Positions 46,719-57,547 of a stretch of DNA of 64,000 nt are shown one piece after another. The stretch is from an uncultured Candidatus Saccharibacteria bacterium. Its GTDB lineage: Bacteria > Patescibacteriota > Doudnabacteria > UBA920. The stretch spans positions 68,969 through 132,968 of the forward strand of contig CAZHYL010000002.1 of assembly GCA_964536745.1 (NCBI GenBank), written 5' to 3'. The notes beneath the pieces are model-generated. The model did not search any database, was not told the origin of the DNA, and saw only the letters and a program-made list of their open reading frames with translations. The stretch's first letter is position 1. Each line of letters opens with the position of its first letter. The position numbers were made by a program, and so were the translations under genes.

Positions 46719-47759
46719 ATGATAACAGATATTTTAATTAAAATTTTCGGTTTAACGACCATTGCTTTTTTAGTATCGATACTACTTACACCTTTTTTAA
46801 CCAAGATACTGTATCGATACAAACTTGGTAAGCAAATCAGAAATAACGGTTCAACTCCTTTGTTTACAAAGATGCATATGAGCAAAGCTGGTACACCAAC
46901 CATGGGTGGTGTGCTAGTTTGGGGTACAACAGTACTACTTGCGGTAGTTTTTTGGTTTCTAGATCGAACAATGGATTTGGCACAGTTCCACATACTAAAC
47001 TTTCTAACCCGTAAAGAAACCCTACTACCGCTCGGAGCCATGCTTGGAGCTGCTGTTGTAGGTTTAATGGATGACTATCTTGATATTAAAAAACTTGGAC
47101 ATGAAGGCAGGGGATTTAGATTTAGATTTAAAGTTATTCTGTATACCCTCGTAGCTTTAATTGGAGCCTGGTGGTTTTACTACAAGTTAGGTTTTGATTT
47201 TGTTCAAATCCCATTTTACGGTGATATTACTCTTGGCTGGTTATTTATCCCATTCTTTCTTTTGGTCGTTGTTGGTACCAGTTTTGCCGTAAATCAAACA
47301 GATGGACTAGACGGATTAGCGGGCGGTGTTCTGCTAGTTGCATTTTTATGTTACACAGTAATTTCTTTCATGCTTGGTAAAGAAAACCTAGCAGCTATGC
47401 TTGGTGTTGTTTCTGGAAGCTTACTTGCATTTCTTTGGTTCAATGTACATCCGGCAAGATTCTTTATGGGTGATACAGGCTCAATGGGTTTAGGTGTGCT
47501 ACTTGCAATAGTCGCGTTCCTAACTAACAGCGTCTATTTATTACCTTTGATTGGATTTATTTTTGTGTTAGAAGCTTTAAGTTACTTTATTCAAATATTT
47601 TGGAGAAATGTCTTTCATAAAAAGTTTTTTCTATCTGCACCAATACATCACCACCTTGAAGCGATTGGTTGGCCTGAAGCAAAAATTACAATGCGATTTT
47701 GGATTCTGTCTGCAGTAGCAGGAATAACTTCAATAATTATTTTCTTCATAAATAAATAA
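46719..47759 (+). CDS. mraY: Phospho-N-acetylmuramoyl-pentapeptide transferase
   Basis: 346 aa polytopic protein with MraY D-D motifs (MDDYLDI, NQTDGLDGLAGG) and a C-terminal PIHHHLE. Confidence 0.9.
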   Translation: MITDILIKIFGLTTIAFLVSILLTPFLTKILYRYKLGKQIRNNGSTPLFTKMHMSKAGTPTMGGVLVWGTTVLLAVVFWFLDRTMDLAQFHILNFLTRKETLLPLGAMLGAAVVGLMDDYLDIKKLGHEGRGFRFRFKVILYTLVALIGAWWFYYKLGFDFVQIPFYGDITLGWLFIPFFLLVVVGTSFAVNQTDGLDGLAGGVLLVAFLCYTVISFMLGKENLAAMLGVVSGSLLAFLWFNVHPARFFMGDTGSMGLGVLLAIVAFLTNSVYLLPLIGFIFVLEALSYFIQIFWRNVFHKKFFLSAPIHHHLEAIGWPEAKITMRFWILSAVAGITSIIIFFINK

Positions 47760-49319
47760 ATGTTTTCACTTTTGATTAAAAATGCCACTGTCATCGACGG
47801 AACTGGGACAAAATCTATTATCGCTGATGTAGCTGTGGAAGATGATAAGATTGTTGCAATTAACAACAATATTACCAAAGGAGCTAAAACTGTCTGGGAC
47901 GGCACGGGTTTAGTTTTGGCACCTGGGTTTATCGATGTTCAAAACCATAGTGATAGTTACTGGCAATTATTCGATAATCCTAATTTACACAGCTTAATTA
48001 GCCAAGGATACACAACAGTCCTCGTTGGAAATTCTGGAACAAGCTTAGCCCCAATTATCTCAGAACACAGTCTATTATCGGTACAAAAATGGCAATCGAT
48101 CTCTGGTTTAAATGTAAACTGGAGAAGTTTTGAGGAATATAAAGATCAGCTAAACAAGCTGCAATTTGGCTGCAATGTTTCATCACTAATTGGCTACTCT
48201 ACAATCCGAAGAGGTTTATTAGGTGATTCTTTAGAAGCCCCGACTCCTGGTGAATTCGAATCATTACTAAGACTTGTAGAAAGCGGATTAAAAAACGGGG
48301 CAAGTGGTGTTTCGGTGGGTTTACAATATTCTCATGAATTAAATGTTTCCGAAGTAGAGCTAATTGGTTTAGCTGAACTTTGTGCTAAGTATGATCGAAT
48401 TTTGGCTGTGAGCCTCCGCAATGAGACTGATGAAGTTGTAGATAGCGTTAGAGAGTTAGCCAGCATTGCTGAACACACTAAAGTCAAACTAAAAATCAGT
48501 CATCTTAAGATCAGATACAAGCAATACTGGCCACTTTTGAAAGACTTGCTCGACACAATTGAAACAAGCTGGCATAGAGGTGCGAAAATTTATTTTGATT
48601 GCTATCCTTATACCTTTACATGGCAACCACTATACACCTATTTACCTCAGTGGAGTTTAGAAGGAGGGCGAAGTCATTTATTGACCAGGTTAAATGATCC
48701 AGATCAATCTCAAAAAATCTTAACCGAACTCAAAAATTCGCCAGCTAAAATAAGTGAGCTCATTATTGCGTCGACTGCTACTGGACTAAAAGTAAATGGT
48801 AGGAAGCTTTCCGAAATTGGGAAAGATATGAACTGTACGAGTGAACAAGCCCTAATAAACTTAGTTAGGTCTGGTGGAGCAACTACTTTAGTATTTGATG
48901 AGTGTCTTGACCCAGAGAATATGGACGCACTCATCAATCACTCTCTTGCATTTATTGCTACCAATGGTGGTGGTTTTAGCCTAGAACATACCGACAAACT
49001 AATCCACCCAAGGAGCTTTGGAACCGCACCGCTATTTATAAAAAATGTTATTTCAAGGAAACTGATTTCATTAGAAGAAGCCATTGCCAAACTAACTTCT
49101 AGACCAGCAGATTTAGTTGGTCTGAACAAGCGCGGTAAGATTGCAGTAGATTACTATGCGGATTTAGTTCTGTTTAATCCAAAGACTATTAACTCAAAGG
49201 CTAATATTAGCAACCCTTATCAATATCCTAATGGAATAGAAGCTGTATGGGTAAATGGCAATCTCGCAACTCTTAAAAATATCCCGACAGGGCAATTATC
49301 AGGAAAGTTTTTGTACTAG
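47760..49319 (+). CDS. Amidohydrolase-superfamily enzyme related to D-aminoacylase (N-acyl-D-amino-acid deacylase)
   Basis: 519 aa with N-terminal NATVIDGTG...DVAVEDDKIVAI...PGFIDVQNHSD. Sits between mraY and murD. Confidence 0.7.
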   Translation: MFSLLIKNATVIDGTGTKSIIADVAVEDDKIVAINNNITKGAKTVWDGTGLVLAPGFIDVQNHSDSYWQLFDNPNLHSLISQGYTTVLVGNSGTSLAPIISEHSLLSVQKWQSISGLNVNWRSFEEYKDQLNKLQFGCNVSSLIGYSTIRRGLLGDSLEAPTPGEFESLLRLVESGLKNGASGVSVGLQYSHELNVSEVELIGLAELCAKYDRILAVSLRNETDEVVDSVRELASIAEHTKVKLKISHLKIRYKQYWPLLKDLLDTIETSWHRGAKIYFDCYPYTFTWQPLYTYLPQWSLEGGRSHLLTRLNDPDQSQKILTELKNSPAKISELIIASTATGLKVNGRKLSEIGKDMNCTSEQALINLVRSGGATTLVFDECLDPENMDALINHSLAFIATNGGGFSLEHTDKLIHPRSFGTAPLFIKNVISRKLISLEEAIAKLTSRPADLVGLNKRGKIAVDYYADLVLFNPKTINSKANISNPYQYPNGIEAVWVNGNLATLKNIPTGQLSGKFLY

Positions 49320-49321
49320 AT

Positions 49322-50683
49322 ATGAGTTTAGATGATTTGTTAAACAAGAAAATAGGAATCTTAGGGCTAGGCCAAGAAGGGCTAGCAGTTGTTCGATATT
49401 TGCAAAAACATAATATAGATCCCGTAGTTTACGATAAAAAAGATGTGCGACCACAGGATATAAATGTGAAGATAGTCAGCGGAGATCAATACTTGCGAAA
49501 AGCAATAGAAGAATCTGAAATTATTTTTAGGAGCCCAGGTGTGAAGATCCCGTCAGAATTTAATGATTTGATTTCGGAGAAGGGCGTGATTATAACCAGT
49601 CAAACGATTTGGTTTTTTAATAACTGCCCTGCAAGGATAATTGGGGTTACCGGAACTAAAGGTAAGGGAACCACTTGTTCGCTGCTTTTTTCAATCTTAG
49701 AAAAATATTCTGAAACTAAAGATACTTTCAAACCTTATTTAACTGGAAACATTGGAAAAGATCAACCATTTGACTTCATAGAAGATCTCACCAAAAATGA
49801 TTTGGTCGTATATGAGCTTTCAAGTTTTCAACTACAAGACTTAAAAAAAAGTCCCTATCTTGGCATAACCCTAATGGTTACAGAAGACCATTTAGACTAC
49901 CACTCAGATTTAACCGAATACCACGCTGCCAAATCCGCAATAAGTGCTTATCAGAAAGAAAACGATATCCAGATTTTTAATTCAGATTATGAGCCAAGCA
50001 GACAAATAGGAGAGCTTGGGTCTGGGCAAAAATGGATGGTATCGTCTAAATCAGAAATTAATAAAGGAGCAATAATACAGGAATCCTCAATTATGATAAA
50101 GGGTTATAAAGATACGGAAATCACAATTGATACAACAAGGCGAAATTTACGTGGTAAACATAATCTTGAGAATATCGCAGCAGCATCTTTAGCTGCAACT
50201 ATCTTGGGTGTAGATCTAGAGACTATTCAAAGTTGTGTAGATAATTTTAAAGGTCTTAAACATAGATTACAGCTCGTAGCAAACAAAGATGGGGTCACCT
50301 TCTACAACGATTCAATTTCTACTATCCCTGAAGCAACTATGGCTGCCCTAAACTCTTTTACAGAACCCATTATCCTGTTACTTGGTGGTGCTTCCAAAAA
50401 TCTTGACTATACCGAGCTAGTAAAATTTATTGAATCGAAAGAAAATCTAAAGGCAGTAATCACAATCGGAGAAACAGGGGATGAGTTATACAGTTTAATT
50501 GGCAAATCTAATTATCAAGGACAGCTTCATGGTCCTTATACAAATTTTGCAGAAGCAGTAGATAAAGCCAAATCTATCGGAATGTCTGGTGATGTAGTAC
50601 TACTAAGCCCTGCGGCAACTTCATTCGACATGTTTAAAAGTTATGCTGATCGCGGAGAACAATTTATTGAGCTAGTTAGTTAG
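49322..50683 (+). CDS. murD: UDP-N-acetylmuramoylalanine--D-glutamate ligase
   Basis: 453 aa with N-terminal Rossmann IGILGLGQEGLAV and P-loop IGVTGTKGKGTT, in mraY-murD-ftsW context. Confidence 0.85.
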   Translation: MSLDDLLNKKIGILGLGQEGLAVVRYLQKHNIDPVVYDKKDVRPQDINVKIVSGDQYLRKAIEESEIIFRSPGVKIPSEFNDLISEKGVIITSQTIWFFNNCPARIIGVTGTKGKGTTCSLLFSILEKYSETKDTFKPYLTGNIGKDQPFDFIEDLTKNDLVVYELSSFQLQDLKKSPYLGITLMVTEDHLDYHSDLTEYHAAKSAISAYQKENDIQIFNSDYEPSRQIGELGSGQKWMVSSKSEINKGAIIQESSIMIKGYKDTEITIDTTRRNLRGKHNLENIAAASLAATILGVDLETIQSCVDNFKGLKHRLQLVANKDGVTFYNDSISTIPEATMAALNSFTEPIILLLGGASKNLDYTELVKFIESKENLKAVITIGETGDELYSLIGKSNYQGQLHGPYTNFAEAVDKAKSIGMSGDVVLLSPAATSFDMFKSYADRGEQFIELVS

Positions 50684-51793
50684 ATGAAAAATACAAAAAC
50701 TACATTTGATAAACCACTACTTGTTATCACAATAATTCTGTTGTTGATTGGTTTAAGCGTGCTTTGGTCTGCTTCAACAACTGAAGCTGAACAAAATTTT
50801 GGCAGCACGAGTTATTTCATTATAAGACAACTAACTAGGGGAGTATTGGTTGGTCTAATACTAATGTATATATTTAGTAAATTCGATTATCATCGCTTCA
50901 AAAAGCCAGCAGGGATTTTTGTTGTTGTCGCTCTATTGCTACTAATTTTAGTAAAAGTCCCTGGGCTCGGACTTACAGCAAACGGCGCAACTAGATGGTT
51001 AGTAATCGGTCCACTTTTGTTTCAGCCATCAGAATTAGCAAAATTGGCAATGATACTGTATATCTCTGCTTGGTATAGCCAGCCAGGCCGAGGAATGGGT
51101 CACGATTTTTGGAAATCAATTTTTCCACCAGTTGCGATTGTTGGCTTAATGTCATTTCTTATTATTTGGCAACCAGATTTGGGATCAACGATTTCATTAT
51201 TGGGAATCGTAGGATTGATGATTTATGCCGGAGGGACGAGGCTAAAATATCTTTTCTACCTATTTGCCGGTGGAGTTACTGCTGTCGTAGGTTTTGCCAT
51301 AATCGAACCCTACCGACTTCAGAGAATTACGGCTTTTCTTAATCCAAGTGGTGACCCACTCGGAATCAGCTACCAAATTAACCAAGCCCTAATTGCAGTT
51401 GGTACCGGTGGTTTACTAGGGTATGGCTATGGACTATCCAGACAAAAACATTTTTACCTCCCTGAAGCCATCAATGACTCAATCTTCGCTGTTATGGCGG
51501 AAGAGCTAGGTTTTATTCGTGTTGTGCTAATTTTGCTATTGTTTGCGTATTTAGTATTTAGAGGTATTAAAATCAGCTTAAATACTACAGACCAGTTCGG
51601 TAAAATGCTGGCATTCGGTCTTACCTCTCTAATCGGAGTTAATGTTATTATTAATGTAGGGGCAATAATCGGTCTCATCCCTTTAACAGGGATCCCTTTG
51701 CCATTTTTTAGCTATGGAAGCACTGCCATGATAGTTTCGCTGAGCGCAGTCGGTATATTACTTAATATTTCAAAACAGAACAGAGCAGTTTAA
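50684..51793 (+). CDS. ftsW: Cell-division SEDS protein FtsW
   Basis: 369 aa SEDS protein immediately downstream of murD. Confidence 0.85.
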   Translation: MKNTKTTFDKPLLVITIILLLIGLSVLWSASTTEAEQNFGSTSYFIIRQLTRGVLVGLILMYIFSKFDYHRFKKPAGIFVVVALLLLILVKVPGLGLTANGATRWLVIGPLLFQPSELAKLAMILYISAWYSQPGRGMGHDFWKSIFPPVAIVGLMSFLIIWQPDLGSTISLLGIVGLMIYAGGTRLKYLFYLFAGGVTAVVGFAIIEPYRLQRITAFLNPSGDPLGISYQINQALIAVGTGGLLGYGYGLSRQKHFYLPEAINDSIFAVMAEELGFIRVVLILLLFAYLVFRGIKISLNTTDQFGKMLAFGLTSLIGVNVIINVGAIIGLIPLTGIPLPFFSYGSTAMIVSLSAVGILLNISKQNRAV

Positions 51794-51798
51794 AGCAA

Positions 51799-53964
51799 AT
51801 GAAAACCAAACTCAAAGTAATACTTCATCATAATATTTCTGAAGAAGTTACCATGAAATCTAAGCATGGCTTTTTAGGTTTTTTGAAGTTTGCTTGGTTT
51901 AAGATTATCAACCTCATAATGAACTTCTTTTACGCAGTCGGGTTAGCTTTAATAACTATCCCAAAGCTTCCGATACTATTCGCAAAAGAATCAACTTCAT
52001 TATTTAAAAAGCAAAGCTTCACAATCAACTTTTCAAAAGCTGTACCGTTCGTGCTCTTAGTAACAATTGCGAGTGCACCAATACTGCTTGCCAAAACAGC
52101 TTCAGAAGGACAAAGACTCGGCGGCAGGGTATTAGGAATCAGTACAGATGCACTACTTGATGCGGAACAAGCTAAGCACGCTATTACAGAAGAAAATTTT
52201 TCTTTGGCTCAAGACAACTTTACTCTTGCCTTACAAAAGCTAGAGACAGCTCAAGTTGAGCTAGATAAATCTAGTATTTTATTAGAATCTATCGTTAAGT
52301 TATCTCCCGATAAATACAACACAGAAAATATATTAGAGTCGGCGAAGCTCCTTACGGAGAGCGGTGCTCTTGGTTCAGAAATTCTAAATAATCTAACTAA
52401 GATTAAATTTTCTCCGGATGGCATCACTCATACGGATGGGCAGAATATTAAAGAAACATTGGAGAATCTGAATAGTAACTCAAAAAAAATCTCTCAGAAT
52501 TTAAGCAAAGCTAACGAGCTAATGGCACCACTAGACACCTCCTTGTTGCCAGCAGAATATCAACTTCCACTAGAAGCTAGTAAAAGTTTAGTAGCTGATT
52601 TCAGTAAACTGACTGAAACTTTAAGCAAAGCCACCGACTTATTTTATGAATTACTGATTAAAGATCAGACATTTTTGATTGTGATGCAAAACAACAACGA
52701 ACTACGCCCAACAGGTGGTTTTATTGGAACAGTGGGGCAGGGTAAATTAAAAGAAGGCAAAATCACGTCATTAGATATACGGAGCGTTTACGATTTTGAT
52801 GGTCAAATTGTAAACTGGTACACACCGCCAATTCCAATGCAAACTGTAAACAACAGATTGTTTTTAAGGGATAGTAACTGGCTTGCCCATTTTCCAGATT
52901 CTGCTTCACTAATAAATTACAATTATGAAAGATCAGGAGGAGAAACTCCAGATTTAATTATTGCCTTTACACCAGACTTATTCATCCAATTACTCGAATT
53001 AACTGGTCCAATTGTTTTGCCAAATTACAACGTTACTATAAGTAAAGAAAACTTTATAGAACAGATCCAAACTACGACTTCTGTAGAATATAGCAAAGAA
53101 CTTAATCAACCTAAACAAATGCTCGCGGATTTATATCCTGCCTTAATGCAAAGAGTTGGTGAAGTAACAAAAAATGACAGTCTCTCTGTCCTGAATTTAT
53201 TCTTAGAAAATTTAGCTAGCAAGAATATCCAGCTTTACTCTAGGGACCCAGAATTACAATCTAAGATTTTAGCTTTTAACTGGGGTGGCTCCATTAACGA
53301 AACTTCACGAGACTACTTAGAAATGAGCTTTAGTAATTTAAGTGGGACCAAAACTGATCGCAGTCTAATAAGATCAGCCCAACTTAACACTTCTATCGCA
53401 GAGGACGGGTCAATTATAAATGAACTAACTTACAAGGTAAAAAATCCCTTACCAAACCAAGCAGGATTGGGAAATCGGTCGCTACTACGTATTCTCGTAC
53501 CAAATGGTAGTAGGCTAATTTCGACATCTAATTTTTACTCATTTGAATTACCTAAACTCGATGATAGAAGCACCTACTTAACAGATGACTTAATCGCTAC
53601 TTGGAATAATTCATTAAAATTTTCAGATCAATATCAAGTTTGGGAGGGGCAAGAGTCTGGTAAAGATTTTTATGCGGGCTGGGTAAATGTCGACGGGGGC
53701 TCAGAGCAAACCGTTACTATTACATACCAGTTACCGTTTAAAGTTAAGGATAAGGATAGATATAGTCTTTTATGGCAGAAACAAAGCGGAGTTTTACCAT
53801 TTGAAATCACACAAAAGATCTATTTCCCGAACCGCTCAATCATCTGGGATAACTTCCAAAATAAAGAAAATCTGACAAAAAATAGTACCCAAAACAGCTT
53901 AACATGGTCAGGGAAATTAATTACTGATAACTTTATTGGAATGGTACTGGATTCCAAACAATAG
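51799..53964 (+). CDS. Large membrane-anchored extracytoplasmic protein, DUF4012-like
   Basis: 721 aa with N-terminal TM segments and a large exported domain containing ELRPTGGFIGTVGQG. My recollection that this motif belongs to DUF4012 is unverified. Confidence 0.5.
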   Translation: MKTKLKVILHHNISEEVTMKSKHGFLGFLKFAWFKIINLIMNFFYAVGLALITIPKLPILFAKESTSLFKKQSFTINFSKAVPFVLLVTIASAPILLAKTASEGQRLGGRVLGISTDALLDAEQAKHAITEENFSLAQDNFTLALQKLETAQVELDKSSILLESIVKLSPDKYNTENILESAKLLTESGALGSEILNNLTKIKFSPDGITHTDGQNIKETLENLNSNSKKISQNLSKANELMAPLDTSLLPAEYQLPLEASKSLVADFSKLTETLSKATDLFYELLIKDQTFLIVMQNNNELRPTGGFIGTVGQGKLKEGKITSLDIRSVYDFDGQIVNWYTPPIPMQTVNNRLFLRDSNWLAHFPDSASLINYNYERSGGETPDLIIAFTPDLFIQLLELTGPIVLPNYNVTISKENFIEQIQTTTSVEYSKELNQPKQMLADLYPALMQRVGEVTKNDSLSVLNLFLENLASKNIQLYSRDPELQSKILAFNWGGSINETSRDYLEMSFSNLSGTKTDRSLIRSAQLNTSIAEDGSIINELTYKVKNPLPNQAGLGNRSLLRILVPNGSRLISTSNFYSFELPKLDDRSTYLTDDLIATWNNSLKFSDQYQVWEGQESGKDFYAGWVNVDGGSEQTVTITYQLPFKVKDKDRYSLLWQKQSGVLPFEITQKIYFPNRSIIWDNFQNKENLTKNSTQNSLTWSGKLITDNFIGMVLDSKQ

Positions 53965-53967
53965 CCT

Positions 53968-55596
53968 ATGACTAAATTATATAAGTACCTAAGTAAATTA
54001 GAACAGACTTTTCACCTTGGCACTGCTACATTAATTATCGCAGTGCTTACTTTGTTTTCTAGAATCACAGGTTTTCTAAGAGATCTTCTCCTTGCTAGTG
54101 AATTAGGAGTGAGTAGATCGACTGACATTTATTTTACTGCTTTTAGAATTCCAGATTTAATCTATAACTTTTTAATCTTAGGAACCTTAAGTGCCGCCTT
54201 TATTCCTGTCTTCACAAAATATTTCATAAAGAATAAATCTGAAGCTTGGCGATTAACAAACAATGTACTAAATGTTGCGCTTGCTGGAATGGGATTAGTC
54301 TCCCTGATTGCATTTGCATTTGCAAGTCCTTTGATGAAATTAGTTGCACCTGGATTCTCTGATGCGGACCTGATTGAAACAGTAAAATTGACGAGGATAC
54401 TTTTATTGTCCCCGATTATCTTCACTATTTCGAGTGTGTTCTCGAGTACACTACTTAGCTTGAAAAAATTCCTATGGGTTAACACAGCGCCGCTACTCTA
54501 CAACGCAGGGATTGTAATTGGGATTCTATTCTTTCTTCCTATTTGGGGGCTTAAAGGTTTGGCCTTTGGCGTAATCCTTGGTGCAATCTTACACGCTTTA
54601 ATACAGGTCCCTCAGCTTATCTCTTCCGGTTGGAGATGGAAACCAATATTAAATTTTAAAGATAAGGGAGTTAAGCAAGTTATTGCATTGTTAATTCCAA
54701 GAATCCTTGGTCTCGATATTGCGTACGTAAACTTGATTATTGTTTCTGTGATTGGTTCTAGCTTAGCAGCAGGGACAATCGCGGCGTTTAGTTTCGCATC
54801 AAATATTCAAACAGTGCCTTTGGGCGTATTCGCTCTATCAACTTCGCTAGCCATCTTTCCTGTGCTTTCAGAACAATATGCAAAAAAACAATTTACGGCT
54901 TTTGTTAATTCATTTAACAGTGCCTTTGTAAGAATCCTGTATCTAATTCTTCCATTTAGTGTATTGTTATTACTTTTAAGAGCTCATATAGTTAGACTCT
55001 TAATTGGATATGGGAAGTGTGATTGGACCTGCACCATAACTACTTTTGATGCACTTGGGGTATTAAGTCTTGGCCTTATCGCTCAAAGTTTAGTTCCGTT
55101 GTTATCGAGAGCTTTTTACGCAAGAGAGAATACAAAACTGCCAGTAATTATCGGGTTAGGTTGTATCGCACTGAACGGAATTTTATCTTATCTGTTAGCG
55201 CCAGGCTTAGGAATTATTGGAGTCACGGCTGGTTTTGTCATCGCATCATTTTTACAAATGACACTTCTGATAGTTTACTTGCACAGAGATTTGAAAGACG
55301 ATGAAACAAGAAATAATATTGTAAGAGAAAGTGATTACTATATTGCATCCAACACCGCAAAAATTCTAGTTGCAAGCCTAGCTACAGCAATAGCTGCTTA
55401 TCTTATATTAAACATCATGGCTCTATTCTTGGATACTCATACCGTCATTGGTATCTTTACTCAAAGTGCTACCACATGTCTGTTGTCCGCTGCATTATAT
55501 CTCGGAATTACAGCCCAGCTTAATGTCCCAGATGCAGTGAAAATTAAATCTAGCTTAGGGAAAATAGCCAGTTTTTTCAATGTTTCTGGTGTTTAA
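53968..55596 (+). CDS. murJ: Lipid II flippase MurJ/MviN
   Basis: 542 aa, 14-TM MOP-superfamily protein with a MurJ N-terminal region (FSRITGFLRDLLLA...YFTAFRIPDLIYN). Confidence 0.85.
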   Translation: MTKLYKYLSKLEQTFHLGTATLIIAVLTLFSRITGFLRDLLLASELGVSRSTDIYFTAFRIPDLIYNFLILGTLSAAFIPVFTKYFIKNKSEAWRLTNNVLNVALAGMGLVSLIAFAFASPLMKLVAPGFSDADLIETVKLTRILLLSPIIFTISSVFSSTLLSLKKFLWVNTAPLLYNAGIVIGILFFLPIWGLKGLAFGVILGAILHALIQVPQLISSGWRWKPILNFKDKGVKQVIALLIPRILGLDIAYVNLIIVSVIGSSLAAGTIAAFSFASNIQTVPLGVFALSTSLAIFPVLSEQYAKKQFTAFVNSFNSAFVRILYLILPFSVLLLLLRAHIVRLLIGYGKCDWTCTITTFDALGVLSLGLIAQSLVPLLSRAFYARENTKLPVIIGLGCIALNGILSYLLAPGLGIIGVTAGFVIASFLQMTLLIVYLHRDLKDDETRNNIVRESDYYIASNTAKILVASLATAIAAYLILNIMALFLDTHTVIGIFTQSATTCLLSAALYLGITAQLNVPDAVKIKSSLGKIASFFNVSGV

Positions 55597-55635
55597 ACTA
55601 TTGAAGGAATGGTCGCGATTTGATAAGATTAGCCC

Positions 55636-57438
55636 ATGTCTAAAGACTTAAACACAGAGTCAATCCGTAACTTCTGCATTATCGCTCATATTGATCACGG
55701 TAAATCGACCCTTGCCGACAGACTATTAGAAGAAACAAAGACTGTTTCTACTAGAGAAATGAAAGCTCAACTTTTAGATCAAATGGATCTGGAAAGAGAA
55801 CGGGGAATTACTATCAAACTTCAACCCGTTCAAATGAGCTATGAGTATCAAAATCAAAGTTACACTCTAAACCTGATAGATACACCAGGACACGTAGATT
55901 TTAGTTATGAGGTCTCCAGAAGTTTAGCCGCCTGTGAAGGCGCTATTTTAGTAGTGGACAGTACTCAAGGAATTGAAGCACAGACCTTAGCTAACGCCCA
56001 TTTAGCACTACAACATAACCTTGTACTAATTCCAGTAATTAACAAGATTGATTTACCAAATAGTGACAGAGAGAAAGTTGCTGCAGAAATGAAAGCAGTT
56101 TTTGGTTTTAATGACGAAGATTTTCTTTACGCTTCCGGTAAAACCGGTGAAGGAGTTGATAAGATTTTACAGACTATTGTCGAAAAAGTACCTGCCCCAG
56201 CGAAACATACCGACCAACCGCTTCAAGCATTAATTTTCGACTCTAGCTACGACGCTCACAGAGGAGTAGTTACTTACATTAGAGTTGTGAGTGGGGAACT
56301 AAAGCCTAGACAAAAAATCATCATGATGGGAAGTAAAAGTGAGGCTGAAAGCCTCGAAGTAGGCGTGTTCAAACCACAGATGACTAAAACCGATATCATT
56401 CCGACAGGAAGTGTTGGTTATATTGTTACAGGTCTTCGCGAAGTCAGTAAAGCAAGTGTTGGTGATACTATCACCTTAATATCTTCACCATCCAAAGAAC
56501 CACTCCCAGGATACAAACAAGTTAAGCCAATGGTGTATGCGAGTATTTTTCCTGTTTCTGGAGACGATTATCCACTCCTAAGAGACGCTATCGAAAAATT
56601 AAAACTGAACGACGCAGCACTTTCATTTGAACCAGAAAATATTCCAAGTATTGGATTCGGTTTCCGTACCGGCTTTTTAGGTTTGCTCCATATGGACATC
56701 GTTCAAGAACGACTGACTCGTGAGTATGACTTGGATTTAGTTCTTACTGCACCAAGTGTAGTTTATGAAATCGTAAAAACTGGTGGTGAAACAATAACTA
56801 TCTACAATCCTGCTGGGTTCCCAGACCCTTCAAGTATTGTTGAAGTTAGAGAGCCGTGGGCTAAAGTAGCTATTCTGACTCCAGCTAATTATATTGGACC
56901 GATTATGGAGATTGTCACACAGCGCAGAGGTCTTAGTGTGGGAATGGATTACCTTGGACCAGAAAGAGTTGAAATGCAGTTCGAAATGCCACTAGCGACC
57001 ATTATTACCGACTTTTATGATAAACTTAAGAGTGTTTCTAGTGGATATGCTTCATTAAATTACGATGTAATTGAAATGAGACCTAGTAATTTGGTGAAGT
57101 TAGATATCTTAGTTGCAGGAGAACCGATCGAAGCGTTATCTGCCATTGCCCATCGTAGCACAGCAGAGAGCGAAGGCCGTTCACTAGTTGCCAAGCTAAA
57201 AGATTTAATTCCAAGACAGCAGTTTGAAATCGCTATTCAAGCAGCCATCGGCAGTAAAGTTATCGCCAGAGAAACAATCTCTGCTTTAAGAAAAGATGTT
57301 ACGGGATATCTGTACGGTGGGGACGTAACTAGAAAAATGAAACTCCTCCAGAAACAAAAGAGAGGTAAAAAACGAATGAAGAAAGTTGGTAAAGTTGATA
57401 TTCCCCAAGAAGCATTCTTAGCAGTACTCAAAAAATAA
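55636..57438 (+). CDS. lepA: Elongation factor 4 (LepA)
   Basis: 600 aa with G-domain motifs (AHIDHGKST, DTPGH, NKID) and the LepA-specific C-terminal domain. Confidence 0.95.
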   Translation: MSKDLNTESIRNFCIIAHIDHGKSTLADRLLEETKTVSTREMKAQLLDQMDLERERGITIKLQPVQMSYEYQNQSYTLNLIDTPGHVDFSYEVSRSLAACEGAILVVDSTQGIEAQTLANAHLALQHNLVLIPVINKIDLPNSDREKVAAEMKAVFGFNDEDFLYASGKTGEGVDKILQTIVEKVPAPAKHTDQPLQALIFDSSYDAHRGVVTYIRVVSGELKPRQKIIMMGSKSEAESLEVGVFKPQMTKTDIIPTGSVGYIVTGLREVSKASVGDTITLISSPSKEPLPGYKQVKPMVYASIFPVSGDDYPLLRDAIEKLKLNDAALSFEPENIPSIGFGFRTGFLGLLHMDIVQERLTREYDLDLVLTAPSVVYEIVKTGGETITIYNPAGFPDPSSIVEVREPWAKVAILTPANYIGPIMEIVTQRRGLSVGMDYLGPERVEMQFEMPLATIITDFYDKLKSVSSGYASLNYDVIEMRPSNLVKLDILVAGEPIEALSAIAHRSTAESEGRSLVAKLKDLIPRQQFEIAIQAAIGSKVIARETISALRKDVTGYLYGGDVTRKMKLLQKQKRGKKRMKKVGKVDIPQEAFLAVLKK

Positions 57439-57448
57439 ACACCTTAAC

Positions 57449-57547
57449 ATGAGAAACAGAAAAGCACTACAAACTATCATGATCGTTATCTCTGTTCTAA
57501 TTATTGTTTCAATGATTAGCAGTATTTTCTTATTCTCTTATGCATAG
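57449..57547 (+). CDS. Possible 32-aa hydrophobic micropeptide (MRNRKALQTIMIVISVLIIVSMISSIFLFSYA); speculative
   Basis: Manual six-frame reading of the lepA-to-PH-protein spacer. Overlaps the start of the next gene by 8 nt in another frame. No RBS is evident. Confidence 0.2.
   Translation: MRNRKALQTIMIVISVLIIVSMISSIFLFSYA

Noticed and set aside
46284-47041. ORFs antisense or offset within dacA-like and mraY (46284-46499 +, 46357-46698 -, 46655-47041 -)
   Set aside because: They overlap strongly supported cell-wall genes and have no independent support.
53687-54485. Small ORFs 53687-53875 (+) and 54162-54485 (-)
   Set aside because: They lie inside, or antisense to, the DUF4012-like gene and murJ.
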